Shown here in pieces: positions 22,883 through 31,239 of a DNA stretch of 48,254 nt. Numbering within the stretch: position 1 is the stretch's first letter; each line of letters opens with the position of its first letter. The notes under the pieces are model-generated. The model searched no databases. It worked only from the letters and a program-made list of their open reading frames with translations, and had not been told where the DNA came from. This stretch comes from Candidatus Woesebacteria bacterium (lineage in GTDB: Bacteria; Patescibacteriota; Microgenomatia; UBA8517; UBA10165): assembly GCA_002686465.1 (NCBI GenBank), contig NZCP01000012.1, forward strand, positions 1-48,254. The letters are read 5' to 3'. Both the position numbers and the translations under genes were made by a program.

Positions 22883-24820
22883 TTACCCGACTACTTCGCC
22901 TTCCTCAACCCCTTCGGCAGGCTCAGGGCCTTTGGCTTTCTCTTTCTTTTTCCCAGACTTTTTCTCGCCGTCCCCCTCTGCTTGCTGTCCTTTCTGATCT
23001 CCACCTTGTGGTGAGCCTGTCGAACCATACATTGCCTGACCAATAGACTGCATAACTTCTGAAAGTTTCTTGCTTGCTTCTTCTATTTCTTCCTTTTTAG
23101 CATCTTCTTTGCCAGCAATTTCTCGCAAATTCTTTACTTCTGCTTCTACTTTACCCCTTGCCTCTTTATCAACTTTGTCTCCTGCGTCTTTTAGGGATTT
23201 TTCTGCAGTAAAGATTAGGGCGTCTGCTTGGTTTTTAGCATCAACCATCTCCTTCTTTTCTGTATCCTCGGCAGAATGCTTTTCTGCTTCTTCTTGTGCT
23301 TTCTTCACCTCGTCATCTGAGAGACCAACTGCACCAGTTATCTTAATTGACTGTTCTTTGTTAGTTGCCTTGTCTTTTGCAGAAACATTCAAGATTCCAT
23401 TTGCATCCATATCAAAGGTGACCTCGATTTGTGGAGTTCCGCGAGGTGCTGTTGGAATTCCGTCAAGAGTAAATTTACCCAGAGATTTGTTGTCTGCCGC
23501 CATTGGACGTTCTCCTTGAAGAACATTAATCTCGACTTGGGTTTGGTTATCTGCGGCTGTTGAGAATGTTTGGGATTTGGAAGCCGGGATAGTTGTGTTT
23601 CTTTCAATCATTGGTGTTGCAACACTACCCAAGGTTTCAATAGCAAGACTTAATGGTGTCACGTCCAAAAGAAGAACGTCCTTTACGTCTCCGCCCAAAA
23701 CTCCACCTTGAATTGCAGCTCCAATCGCAACAACTTCGTCCGGATTTACTCCCTTGTGTGGATCTTTGCCGAAAAATTCTTTTACAACTTCTTGTACTTT
23801 AGGCATTCTTGTCATACCACCAACAAGAATTACCTCATCAACTGCTTTTTTATCAATCTTTGCATCTTTGAGAGATTCCTCAACTGGCTTCATTGTTTTT
23901 TGGATAAGATCGTCAACCAAGGCTTCGAGCTTTGCTCGAGACATCTTCATAGTCAAATGGACCGGGTTGCCATCATTTTGAGTTATATATGGTTGGTTGA
24001 TTTCTGTTTCTGATGTTGAAGAAAGCTCTACCTTTGCTTTTTCTGCAGCATCACGAAGTCTTTGTAGAGCTTGTTTATCTTCTCTTAGATCTACACCGTT
24101 TTGTTTTTTAAACTCGTCTGCAATCCAGTCAACTATAACTTGGTCGAAATCGTCTCCGCCAAGATGGGTATCTCCATTCGTTGCCTTTACTTCAAAAACC
24201 CCTTCTCCAAGTTCTAAGATGGATACATCAAATGTTCCACCTCCAAGGTCATAAACCGCAATCGTGTGGCTATTTTTCTTGTCTAACCCGTAAGCAAGGG
24301 CTGCCGCAGTTGGCTCGTTTATAATTCTCTCAACTTTAAGTCCTGCTATTTCTCCTGCTTGTTTTGTTGCAGCTCTTTGATTGTCATCAAAGTACGCAGG
24401 AACAGTAATTACTGCTTGTTCTACTTTTTCTCCAAGATATTCTTCTGCGTCTTTTTTTAGTTTTCTTAAAACTGATGCGGAAATTTCTTGAGGAGTGTAA
24501 TCTTTTCCTTCAACTGAAACTACAACCATATCGTTTTTACCCTTTTTAATCTCAAAAGGAACCATACCTGCCGTCTTTTTAACTTCAGCGTCTTCAAATC
24601 TTCGACCCATGAGACGTTTTGCAGAGTAAATAGTGTTCTTGGAGTTAAGGATCATCTGACGTTTGGCAACGTCACCCACAAGTTTCTTTGTTGGCTCTAC
24701 AACAGACGGAGTAATATTGCGACCTGTATCAGAAGCAGGGACAACTTTTGCTTGTCCTCCCTCCATAGCCGCAACTACTGAGTTTGTTGTTCCCAAATCG
24801 ATTCCAATGATTTTTGACAT
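22883..24820 (-). CDS. dnaK: Molecular chaperone DnaK (Hsp70)
   Basis: [30 protein letters not shown] and a charged C-terminal tail. Confidence 0.97.
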   Translation of the reverse strand: MSKIIGIDLGTTNSVVAAMEGGQAKVVPASDTGRNITPSVVEPTKKLVGDVAKRQMILNSKNTIYSAKRLMGRRFEDAEVKKTAGMVPFEIKKGKNDMVVVSVEGKDYTPQEISASVLRKLKKDAEEYLGEKVEQAVITVPAYFDDNQRAATKQAGEIAGLKVERIINEPTAAALAYGLDKKNSHTIAVYDLGGGTFDVSILELGEGVFEVKATNGDTHLGGDDFDQVIVDWIADEFKKQNGVDLREDKQALQRLRDAAEKAKVELSSTSETEINQPYITQNDGNPVHLTMKMSRAKLEALVDDLIQKTMKPVEESLKDAKIDKKAVDEVILVGGMTRMPKVQEVVKEFFGKDPHKGVNPDEVVAIGAAIQGGVLGGDVKDVLLLDVTPLSLAIETLGSVATPMIERNTTIPASKSQTFSTAADNQTQVEINVLQGERPMAADNKSLGKFTLDGIPTAPRGTPQIEVTFDMDANGILNVSAKDKATNKEQSIKITGAVGLSDDEVKKAQEEAEKHSAEDTEKKEMVDAKNQADALIFTAEKSLKDAGDKVDKEARGKVEAEVKNLREIAGKEDAKKEEIEEASKKLSEVMQSIGQAMYGSTGSPQGGDQKGQQAEGDGEKKSGKKKEKAKGPEPAEGVEEGEVVG

Positions 24821-24833
24821 ACCTTTGTCTCCT

Positions 24834-25256
24834 TTATTTTTCCTTTAATTGTCCTTTAAAAACAATCACTTTAGCTGGTCGAATAACCGAGCCTGCCATA
24901 GCATATCCTTTTGTCGAAACCTCTGCTATCTCCCCGTGCTTCCCGCCAGGTACGCTTTCTACGGCTTCATGAATCCTACTGTCAAACTTTTCACCTTTGG
25001 CGACCTTAATCTCTTCCACACCATGTTGTGCGAGAGTCTGCTTCAGGGACTCCATTGCCATCTCTAACCCTTTATCGTTTAAATGTTCGCTTGCTCTTTC
25101 TAAACTGTCAATCGCCGGTAGTAGGTCCTCAACTAAATTTTGCTCTGCCCTAGTAATAATCTCTTTTCTATCACGCGTTATCCTCTTAACCAGATTATCA
25201 TAATCTGCCAATGCCCTTGCAAGTTGTTCCTCGTGATTTGGCTTACTCTTTTTCAT
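24834..25256 (-). CDS. grpE: Nucleotide exchange factor GrpE (short, 140 aa)
   Basis: Coiled-coil N-terminus, then a FDSRIHEAV...[15 protein letters not shown]-terminal beta domain. It sits between hrcA and dnaK. Confidence 0.88.
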   Translation of the reverse strand: MKKSKPNHEEQLARALADYDNLVKRITRDRKEIITRAEQNLVEDLLPAIDSLERASEHLNDKGLEMAMESLKQTLAQHGVEEIKVAKGEKFDSRIHEAVESVPGGKHGEIAEVSTKGYAMAGSVIRPAKVIVFKGQLKEK

Positions 25257-25983
25257 TTCCGCCTGCTGCCTCTTGCACTAAATCTCCGAAATAGCGAACA
25301 ACTGGAACTACGGCAGGATAGTTAAACCTTGCCGGACCAATGATGCCAAGAGATCCTCTCCCGCCGGGTGTATTAAATTGATAGGCAACAATTCCAACTG
25401 GCTCAAAATTCTGCCAGCCTAACTCCTCGCCAAACAAAACCTCAATCGGACCTTGCCAATCTGCATGCTCATAGAAAATCTCATGTAGTTGACGTGCCTC
25501 CTCAAGCAGCGATAACACACGAGAGGTAACATCTATATTATAAAACTCTGGAATATCAAGAATGTTCGCATATCCTGCATGCCAAACATCACCTTTCTCA
25601 GTCGTGGCGATAGCCAAAGAGTGAGTTGAGTCAGCTAAAGCCTTTGTTGCCCCCTTCATTAATTTATCAAAATCCTCTTTGTTTTGGGACATATGTTCTT
25701 TTGCAGCAACTTCTTCTGCAACAGACAACTCTTTTTCTTCCATAAGTTGATTAACATATAACTTAATTGCCTTTGGTGCAGGGATCCTACCTGCTGAAGT
25801 ATGGGGTTGGCGGAGATATCCTGCTGAAGTCAAAACCACCATCTCGTTACGAATAGTTGCAGGAGAAACTCCAATGTCGTGCTTCTTTTCAATCACGTCC
25901 GACCCAACGGCATTTCCCGTCTCGGTGTACTCTTCAACGATACTTTTTAGTATCTGTATTTGGCGCGGTGTTAGCTCTTCCAC
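25243..25983 (-). CDS. hrcA: Heat-inducible transcription repressor HrcA (short form). The start is reassigned to GTG 25983, downstream of CIRCE.
   Basis: (M)EELTPRQIQILKSIVEEYTETGNAVGSDVI...PATIRNEMVVLTSAGYLRQPHTSAGRIP. The track ORF (to 26028) would read through the operator. Confidence 0.88.
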   Translation of the reverse strand: MEELTPRQIQILKSIVEEYTETGNAVGSDVIEKKHDIGVSPATIRNEMVVLTSAGYLRQPHTSAGRIPAPKAIKLYVNQLMEEKELSVAEEVAAKEHMSQNKEDFDKLMKGATKALADSTHSLAIATTEKGDVWHAGYANILDIPEFYNIDVTSRVLSLLEEARQLHEIFYEHADWQGPIEVLFGEELGWQNFEPVGIVAYQFNTPGGRGSLGIIGPARFNYPAVVPVVRYFGDLVQEAAGGNEKE

Positions 25984-25991
25984 AATATTAG

Positions 25992-26018
25992 TTAGCACTA
26001 TTAAACCACGAGTGCTAA
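25992..26018 (-). promoter_or_regulatory. CIRCE operator (HrcA binding site)
   Basis: The minus strand reads TTAGCACTC-gtggtttaa-TAGTGCTAA, against the consensus TTAGCACTC-N9-GAGTGCTAA (17/18). Confidence 0.9.
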
Positions 26019-26028
26019 TAAATGTCAA
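26000..26028 (-). promoter_or_regulatory. hrcA promoter TTGACA-17-TTTAAT overlapping CIRCE
   Basis: The minus strand reads ttgaca-tttattagcactcgtgg-tttaat. The -35 box overlaps the murJ stop codon. Confidence 0.65.
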
Positions 26029-27764
26029 GTCCCGTTTGTGTGGTGAGGAGCAATGGGCTCGCCGTCTTTTCCATCAAGCTTTCTAAAGATTCGTATTTTT
26101 CCTCTAGAGATCTTGCGAAGCGCTCTTGAGATAATACTAAGCTCTTCGACACGGAGAAGATATGCAATAAAGACATAGATAACAAAACCTATTGCTGCAA
26201 CGACAGCGGTTAAGAAAATAAGATTTGTCGTATAGCGTGTATCTAGAACAAATTTATCAAACGTTATCGGAAGTCCAATTCCAAGATGGGCAAGGAAACT
26301 TAAGTTTTTATCCCATACTGAACGGTCCAATATTTTAAGAAGGAAAAACATCACGGATCCGGCGACCCCGCCTGCTACCAAAATCTTTGTAAATGCTTTG
26401 CCCAATCCAAGCCCTGGGAAACCACCAACCTTTTTTGAAAGAAGGGTAAAGATAATTATAATTTGCACAATTCCTGCGATCGCATAAGCCAAAGCTAGTC
26501 CCCAAATCGGGAGTTTGAGGACCATTATTAAAAGTAGCGCCAACCCAACATTAAGAAAGATGGTAAGAATTGAAATCTTAACAGGTGTTTTTGTGTCATG
26601 TAGAGAATAAAACGCACGACTTACAAGAAGTGCAACAGAATATGCAAAAATTCCTACGGCGAAGGCCGACAGCACATACCCTGTTTGGACCGTATCCTCC
26701 CAGCCAAATTGTTCACCTCCAAATGCAAGTCTAACCGCTGGAATTCGCAACACCGCAAGAAAGATACTCGCAGGAACAACCAGAAATAGTATTTCTTTAA
26801 AAGACGAGGCAAAGGTAAACTTAAAACTTTGCATGTCTTGTTTTGCTGCCTGTTTGGAAAGCTGTGGAAAAGAAGCCTTTGCGATAGATAGTCCAAAAAG
26901 TCCGATTGGAAGAGCGGCAAGTGCATTACCAAACTTAAAGTAAGTTAATCCTCCCACAACAAGCGACGCCAAAAAAAGATCGGTAAAATTTTTGAGCTGG
27001 AAAAACGAAAGTTCAAAAATGCGAGGAAGTGCGAGTTTTCCAATAGCCCGAACACCTGGGTTTGAAATATCCAAAGACCAGATAGGTCTGAACCCAAGTT
27101 TTAGTGCAAGAGGTAGTTGCACTAAAAGATGTAGGGCACTCCCTGCAACCGCTCCCCAAATTGGTGCATAAAGACCGAGAGTCGGTGCAAAAAGAATCGT
27201 TGAGATGATTATGGAAAGGTTATAAAAAAGCGGCGCTGAAGCCGGAGCTAAAAATCTCTGATTGGATTCAAGAGTCCCGGTAAGCAAATAGCTTGCAACG
27301 AAAAATAGTTGTCCAAAGATTAAAATCCTTGCAAAGGCAACAGTTTGTTCAATTTTTTCAGGACTAAATCCTTGGGCAACTAGAGTATAGATAGGATTTG
27401 CAAAACTAAAAATCAAAACTGCAAGAACTAAAAAGAACAAAAACAAAAGATTAAGTGTTATACCTGCTACTCGCCAAGCTTCCTTTTCTTTACCACGCCC
27501 CAAAAGCGAGCTAAAAACAGGAATGAAAGCAGAAGACATTGCCCCGAGGACTAAAATTTCAAAGATAAGATCCGGGAGTTGAAAAGCGGCAAAAAAGGTA
27601 TCCAACTCCTCTGGTGGAAAAAAATGAACAAAGGTACGATTACGCAGGAGCCCCAAGAGACGAGAGACAGCAATCATAACCATAATCACTGTTGCGGCCG
27701 ATAAAATATTGGCTTGTTTGCCGTAGAGAAGACTTGATCCGTTCTTGAAAAATCTGCCTACCAT
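26025..27764 (-). CDS. murJ: Lipid II flippase MurJ
   Basis: Polytopic MVIN/MurJ pattern (ILSAATVIMVMIAVSRLLGLLRNR...). Start ATG 27764 has GAGG 8 nt upstream. The ORF opens at 27857, but that version would overlap the rpsT promoter and CDS. Confidence 0.88.
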   Translation of the reverse strand: MVGRFFKNGSSLLYGKQANILSAATVIMVMIAVSRLLGLLRNRTFVHFFPPEELDTFFAAFQLPDLIFEILVLGAMSSAFIPVFSSLLGRGKEKEAWRVAGITLNLLFLFFLVLAVLIFSFANPIYTLVAQGFSPEKIEQTVAFARILIFGQLFFVASYLLTGTLESNQRFLAPASAPLFYNLSIIISTILFAPTLGLYAPIWGAVAGSALHLLVQLPLALKLGFRPIWSLDISNPGVRAIGKLALPRIFELSFFQLKNFTDLFLASLVVGGLTYFKFGNALAALPIGLFGLSIAKASFPQLSKQAAKQDMQSFKFTFASSFKEILFLVVPASIFLAVLRIPAVRLAFGGEQFGWEDTVQTGYVLSAFAVGIFAYSVALLVSRAFYSLHDTKTPVKISILTIFLNVGLALLLIMVLKLPIWGLALAYAIAGIVQIIIIFTLLSKKVGGFPGLGLGKAFTKILVAGGVAGSVMFFLLKILDRSVWDKNLSFLAHLGIGLPITFDKFVLDTRYTTNLIFLTAVVAAIGFVIYVFIAYLLRVEELSIISRALRKISRGKIRIFRKLDGKDGEPIAPHHTNGT

Positions 27765-27793
27765 TTGCGCTACCTCTGGGTTATTAGTATAAT
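27765..27793 (+). promoter_or_regulatory. rpsT promoter TTGCGC-17-TATAAT
   Basis: ttgcgc-tacctctgggttattag-tataat. An SD (agaggt) lies 3 nt upstream of ATG 27823. Confidence 0.5.
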
Positions 27794-27822
27794 TGCGCAC
27801 AATACTCATAACAAGAGGTAAG

Positions 27823-28125
27823 ATGCCGATACTTAAATCAGCAAAAAAAGCACTCAAGCAGGATATTAGAAATCATGCTGCAAATGAGATAGTAAGAAAG
27901 GCTCTTCGTGGAGCTGTAAAAACAGTGCAAGAAAAGCCAACCCCGGGAACTCTCAAAAAGGCTTATTCTGCCATCGACCGAGCAGTAAAACAAAATCTTA
28001 TGCATAAAAACAGGGCTGCACGAATGAAGTCGCAACTGAGCAAACTGTCCTCAAAACCTCACCTCAAGACAAAGTCTCGATCCAAGGCGAAGCCTCGCTT
28101 GAAGCGTCAAAAGCCCACCTCTTAA
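27823..28125 (+). CDS. rpsT: 30S ribosomal protein S20
   Basis: MPILKSAKKALKQDIRNHAANEIVRKALRGAVK...RAARMKSQLSK. ATG 27823 is preceded by AGAGGT. Confidence 0.9.
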   Translation: MPILKSAKKALKQDIRNHAANEIVRKALRGAVKTVQEKPTPGTLKKAYSAIDRAVKQNLMHKNRAARMKSQLSKLSSKPHLKTKSRSKAKPRLKRQKPTS

Positions 28126-28252
28126 ACCCCCTAAAGCACCATGTTTTTCAGCTCTTTCATATGCTATTATGTTTGCAGGCTGTCACGAGACTGGTTTGTT
28201 GGTTTTGTTCCAAAGCGGAGCTTCACCTCAAGGAGTTTTGTGACAAGACCTG

Positions 28253-28840
28253 ATGCCTATGGCTGCCCCGAAAAAGAAAAATATCAACTTGCTAGTCCAA
28301 GAGGGATTTGAGCATACACCCCTTGGCAAAGCCCTAAACTGGCTCCTCTCGGCTGGAAGGGTCATTGTTGTATTAACTCAGCTTGTTGTAATTGCAGCCT
28401 TTTTGTCGAGGTTCTGGCTTGATAGGCAATTAACTGACCTAAACGAAGAAAATACTCTCCGCAAGGTCCAAATAGAAGCTCTTGGGTCTTTTGAATCGAA
28501 CTTTCGGCAAACCCAAAAAAGACTTGCTGTTTACAAAGAGCTCGATACAGTAAAAACTGACGCAGGAGGAATAGTCAAAGAGGTAGCCTCTCTCTTGCCA
28601 GCCGGGGTTTCCTTATCCAGCATCTCCGTCTCTGACGAAAAATTAATCCTAGATGGAATTGCATTGTCCGAACAGGGTCTTGCCGGCTTCATAAAAGCAC
28701 TGGAGGGCACAGCACAATTCCAGAGCCCCACATTAACCGAAGTCTCCTTGGAAACCACAGGTCAACAAGTGATTAAGTTTTCGATTCGAGCGGTTTTAAC
28801 CGGCAACGAAGAAAGGAACCAAGATGGCAACAAGAGTTAA
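28253..28840 (+). CDS. PilN-like type IV pilus assembly protein
   Basis: N-terminal KKKNINLLVQE (INLLP-type PilM-binding motif), one TM segment, a coiled-coil and a C-terminal alpha/beta domain. Confidence 0.65.
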   Translation: MPMAAPKKKNINLLVQEGFEHTPLGKALNWLLSAGRVIVVLTQLVVIAAFLSRFWLDRQLTDLNEENTLRKVQIEALGSFESNFRQTQKRLAVYKELDTVKTDAGGIVKEVASLLPAGVSLSSISVSDEKLILDGIALSEQGLAGFIKALEGTAQFQSPTLTEVSLETTGQQVIKFSIRAVLTGNEERNQDGNKS

Positions 28841-29486
28841 CCCTCAACGACACCACGCTAGATATAGCCGATATTTTAGACGGCTGGTAGACAAGTATGA
28901 ACGGAGTCCTCAAGTAAGAACTAGTATTAGCTTACTACTTACCCTTTTTGCGATATCGTTCTTTACTATTTTTGCCCTTCGTCCAACAATAATTACAATC
29001 CTTGATCTTTTCGCAAACATCCGCTCCCAAGAAGAAACTTTAGAAAAACTTGACCAAAAAGTTGCAAATTTGAACAAAGCCCAAGAGGTGTGGAGACAAG
29101 AGGAAAAAAGAAGGTTGCTACTCGGCCAAGCTCTACCAACTGAAGCAGAACCAGACCATTACTTAAGACAGATTGAGGGACTAACAGCAAGACATGGAAT
29201 TGCGCTACATTTTTTTAGGATGGATAAGATTTTATTGTTAGGCGAAGAAGAAAAACAAACCACCAAAAAAAGTACTGGCTCTACGACTAATACCAAAAGC
29301 TTTAAGGTAGTGTTTTCTGTTTCTGGAGATTATTCTTCTTTGATTTCTCTCCTTGAAGAACTTGAAGAGTTGCGTAGAATCATAAAGATAGAGTCTCTTT
29401 CGTTTGGAGCTGGAAACGAAGGCCAGGGAGAATTATTGTTGCTAACAATCGCAGGTGAAGTGTCGTACTATGAAAGTGACAAATAA
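28824..29486 (+). CDS. PilO-like type IV pilus assembly protein
   Basis: Basic N-terminus, TM segment (ISLLLTLFAISFFTIFAL), a coiled-coil (EETLEKLDQKVANLNKAQEVW) and a C-terminal domain. It overlaps the pilN-like gene by 17 nt. Confidence 0.55.
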   Translation: MATRVNPQRHHARYSRYFRRLVDKYERSPQVRTSISLLLTLFAISFFTIFALRPTIITILDLFANIRSQEETLEKLDQKVANLNKAQEVWRQEEKRRLLLGQALPTEAEPDHYLRQIEGLTARHGIALHFFRMDKILLLGEEEKQTTKKSTGSTTNTKSFKVVFSVSGDYSSLISLLEELEELRRIIKIESLSFGAGNEGQGELLLLTIAGEVSYYESDK

Positions 29487-29498
29487 TAGGCTCTAGCC

Positions 29499-29831
29499 AT
29501 GCCAAGGAAGAAAAGATCTAATATTACTGTCTTTGCAGTACTCGCCACAGTTACCATTCTGGCGTGGATCGCCTCTGATGTTTATAGAAGATTGACGGCA
29601 GCTGACCCACAAGTAATTCCTGTCGCTGTTATTTCTCCTCTAACACCTACCTTGGACGCAGAAACTCTCAGCACAATAGAGAGGAAGGACTTTTTGACTG
29701 AGCAGGAAATTTCTCTCTTCGTACCAACGGGAAAAAGTGCACCGAAGGCGACACCTTCGCCAGCTGGCGAACCAGAGGCAACACCCTCCTCATCAGAAGA
29801 GAGCGAGTCTGAATCTCTGGGCGAGCAGTAA
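29499..29831 (+). CDS. Small TM-anchored protein with an acidic/Ser-Pro tail, function unknown
   Basis: 110-aa ORF with an N-terminal TM segment ITVFAVLATVTILAWIA. It occupies the position of PilP in classical pilMNOP operons, but no similarity was seen. Confidence 0.5.
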   Translation: MPRKKRSNITVFAVLATVTILAWIASDVYRRLTAADPQVIPVAVISPLTPTLDAETLSTIERKDFLTEQEISLFVPTGKSAPKATPSPAGEPEATPSSSEESESESLGEQ

Positions 29832-29840
29832 ACAAATATC

Positions 29841-31217
29841 ATGATTAAACAACATAAACTACCAACAATACTCGGAATCCTGCTTCTTATTGTGGGTGTT
29901 GCTGCCGGAGTATTTTTGGTACAGCGAGAGCAACTCTTTAAAACCTCGGCATCTCCTGAAGAAACCCCACAGCAAGTGCGGATTACCAACATCTCCGACA
30001 ACAGTTTTACAGTTTCTTGGGTAACAGACAAGGCAACTGCTGGATTTATCTCATACGGAAAGTCGCAGGTAAAAGAATTGGTTGCACAACAAGCATCCTC
30101 GCTTGCAAGTTCCTCTTTTGTTCATCACGTCACGGCAGGCAATCTCGACCCGGAGACAGCCTATCTTTTTGAGATCGGTTCAGGAACTAATACTTTCGAT
30201 AGCAATGGTCAACCATATAAAATTCAAACTGCTCCCGTTGGCGCCATTCCGCCCCTTCCCGACGTAGTGTTTGGAAAAGTTAACAATTCTTCCGGAACAC
30301 CAGCTCGGGGGGCAATTGTTTATATAACTGTACCAGGAGTAACACCACTCTCGGTACTAACAGACAGCAAAGGTGGATGGACCGTACCTTTATCAAACGC
30401 GCGGAGCAGTAACCTCACCGGTTACGCTTCATACGACAGCAAAAAAACACCGATAGAAATCCTTGTTCAGGCTGGAGGAGGACAACTTGCAACCGCTAAG
30501 GTTTTAACAAAAGCCGCCCACCCAGTTCCTGAGATAACACTTTCCGAAAACCATGACTTCACAGATGTTGAACCCTTAGATGGAGACCAACTTCCTACCT
30601 CCACATTTGATTTGCCAGAAGATACTCTTGATTCATCATCCTCTTCTTCAAGGTTCTCAGTAGAAGATGATGTCACAGAAACCACAGAGTCCACGTCACA
30701 AGTCAAACTGACAACACCGTCTGAAAGTGAATCAATAAATACAAATAAACCCCAGTTTTCTGGGACCGGAACTCCAGGGACACCCTTCACAATTACTGTT
30801 GAATCACCAACGACTTACTCTGATGAGGTAGTAGTCGGAACAAGTGGGAGTTGGAAATGGACACCTCCTGAAATACTTGAACCGGGAGACCATACAATAA
30901 CAATCGCGTGGAAAAACGAATCCGGGCAAACAGTAGAAACCAAAAGAGCTTTTACAGTTCTTGCAGCAGGAGAAAGTGACTTGCCATCTTTTTCGGCTAG
31001 CCCTTCGGCTACCGAGGCAACACCTTCGCCAACACCTAGTCCGAAAGCTACACCAAGCCCAACACCATCCCCTTCCCCATCTCCACGAATCAGCATTCCT
31101 TCCACAGAATCTGGCGTACCTGTATCAGGAAACTTGACACCAATGTTAGGAAGCATAATAATGGGTCTAGTACTAATTCTGGTTGGAATATTTTTGCCAA
31201 GAACAAAGGTATTCTAG
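29841..31217 (+). CDS. Surface protein: signal-anchor, FN3/PAP-N-like domain, carboxypeptidase-regulatory-like domain, Ig-like domain, PS/PT linker, sortase-type C-terminal signal
   Basis: VRITNISDNSFTVSWVTD...YLFEIGSG, VFGKVNNSSGTPARGAIVYI, and GTGTPGTPFTITV...SGSWKWTP. The C-terminus is VPVSG-NLTPMLGSIIMGLVLILVGIFL-PRTKVF. Confidence 0.7.
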   Translation: MIKQHKLPTILGILLLIVGVAAGVFLVQREQLFKTSASPEETPQQVRITNISDNSFTVSWVTDKATAGFISYGKSQVKELVAQQASSLASSSFVHHVTAGNLDPETAYLFEIGSGTNTFDSNGQPYKIQTAPVGAIPPLPDVVFGKVNNSSGTPARGAIVYITVPGVTPLSVLTDSKGGWTVPLSNARSSNLTGYASYDSKKTPIEILVQAGGGQLATAKVLTKAAHPVPEITLSENHDFTDVEPLDGDQLPTSTFDLPEDTLDSSSSSSRFSVEDDVTETTESTSQVKLTTPSESESINTNKPQFSGTGTPGTPFTITVESPTTYSDEVVVGTSGSWKWTPPEILEPGDHTITIAWKNESGQTVETKRAFTVLAAGESDLPSFSASPSATEATPSPTPSPKATPSPTPSPSPSPRISIPSTESGVPVSGNLTPMLGSIIMGLVLILVGIFLPRTKVF

Positions 31218-31239
31218 TCGTGTATAAAAGCCTGCCTAA

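Noticed and set aside
29582-30031. 149-aa minus-strand ORF spanning two plus-strand genes
   Set aside because: It crosses the intergenic gap between two well-formed plus-strand genes and has no start context or motifs. It is most likely spurious.
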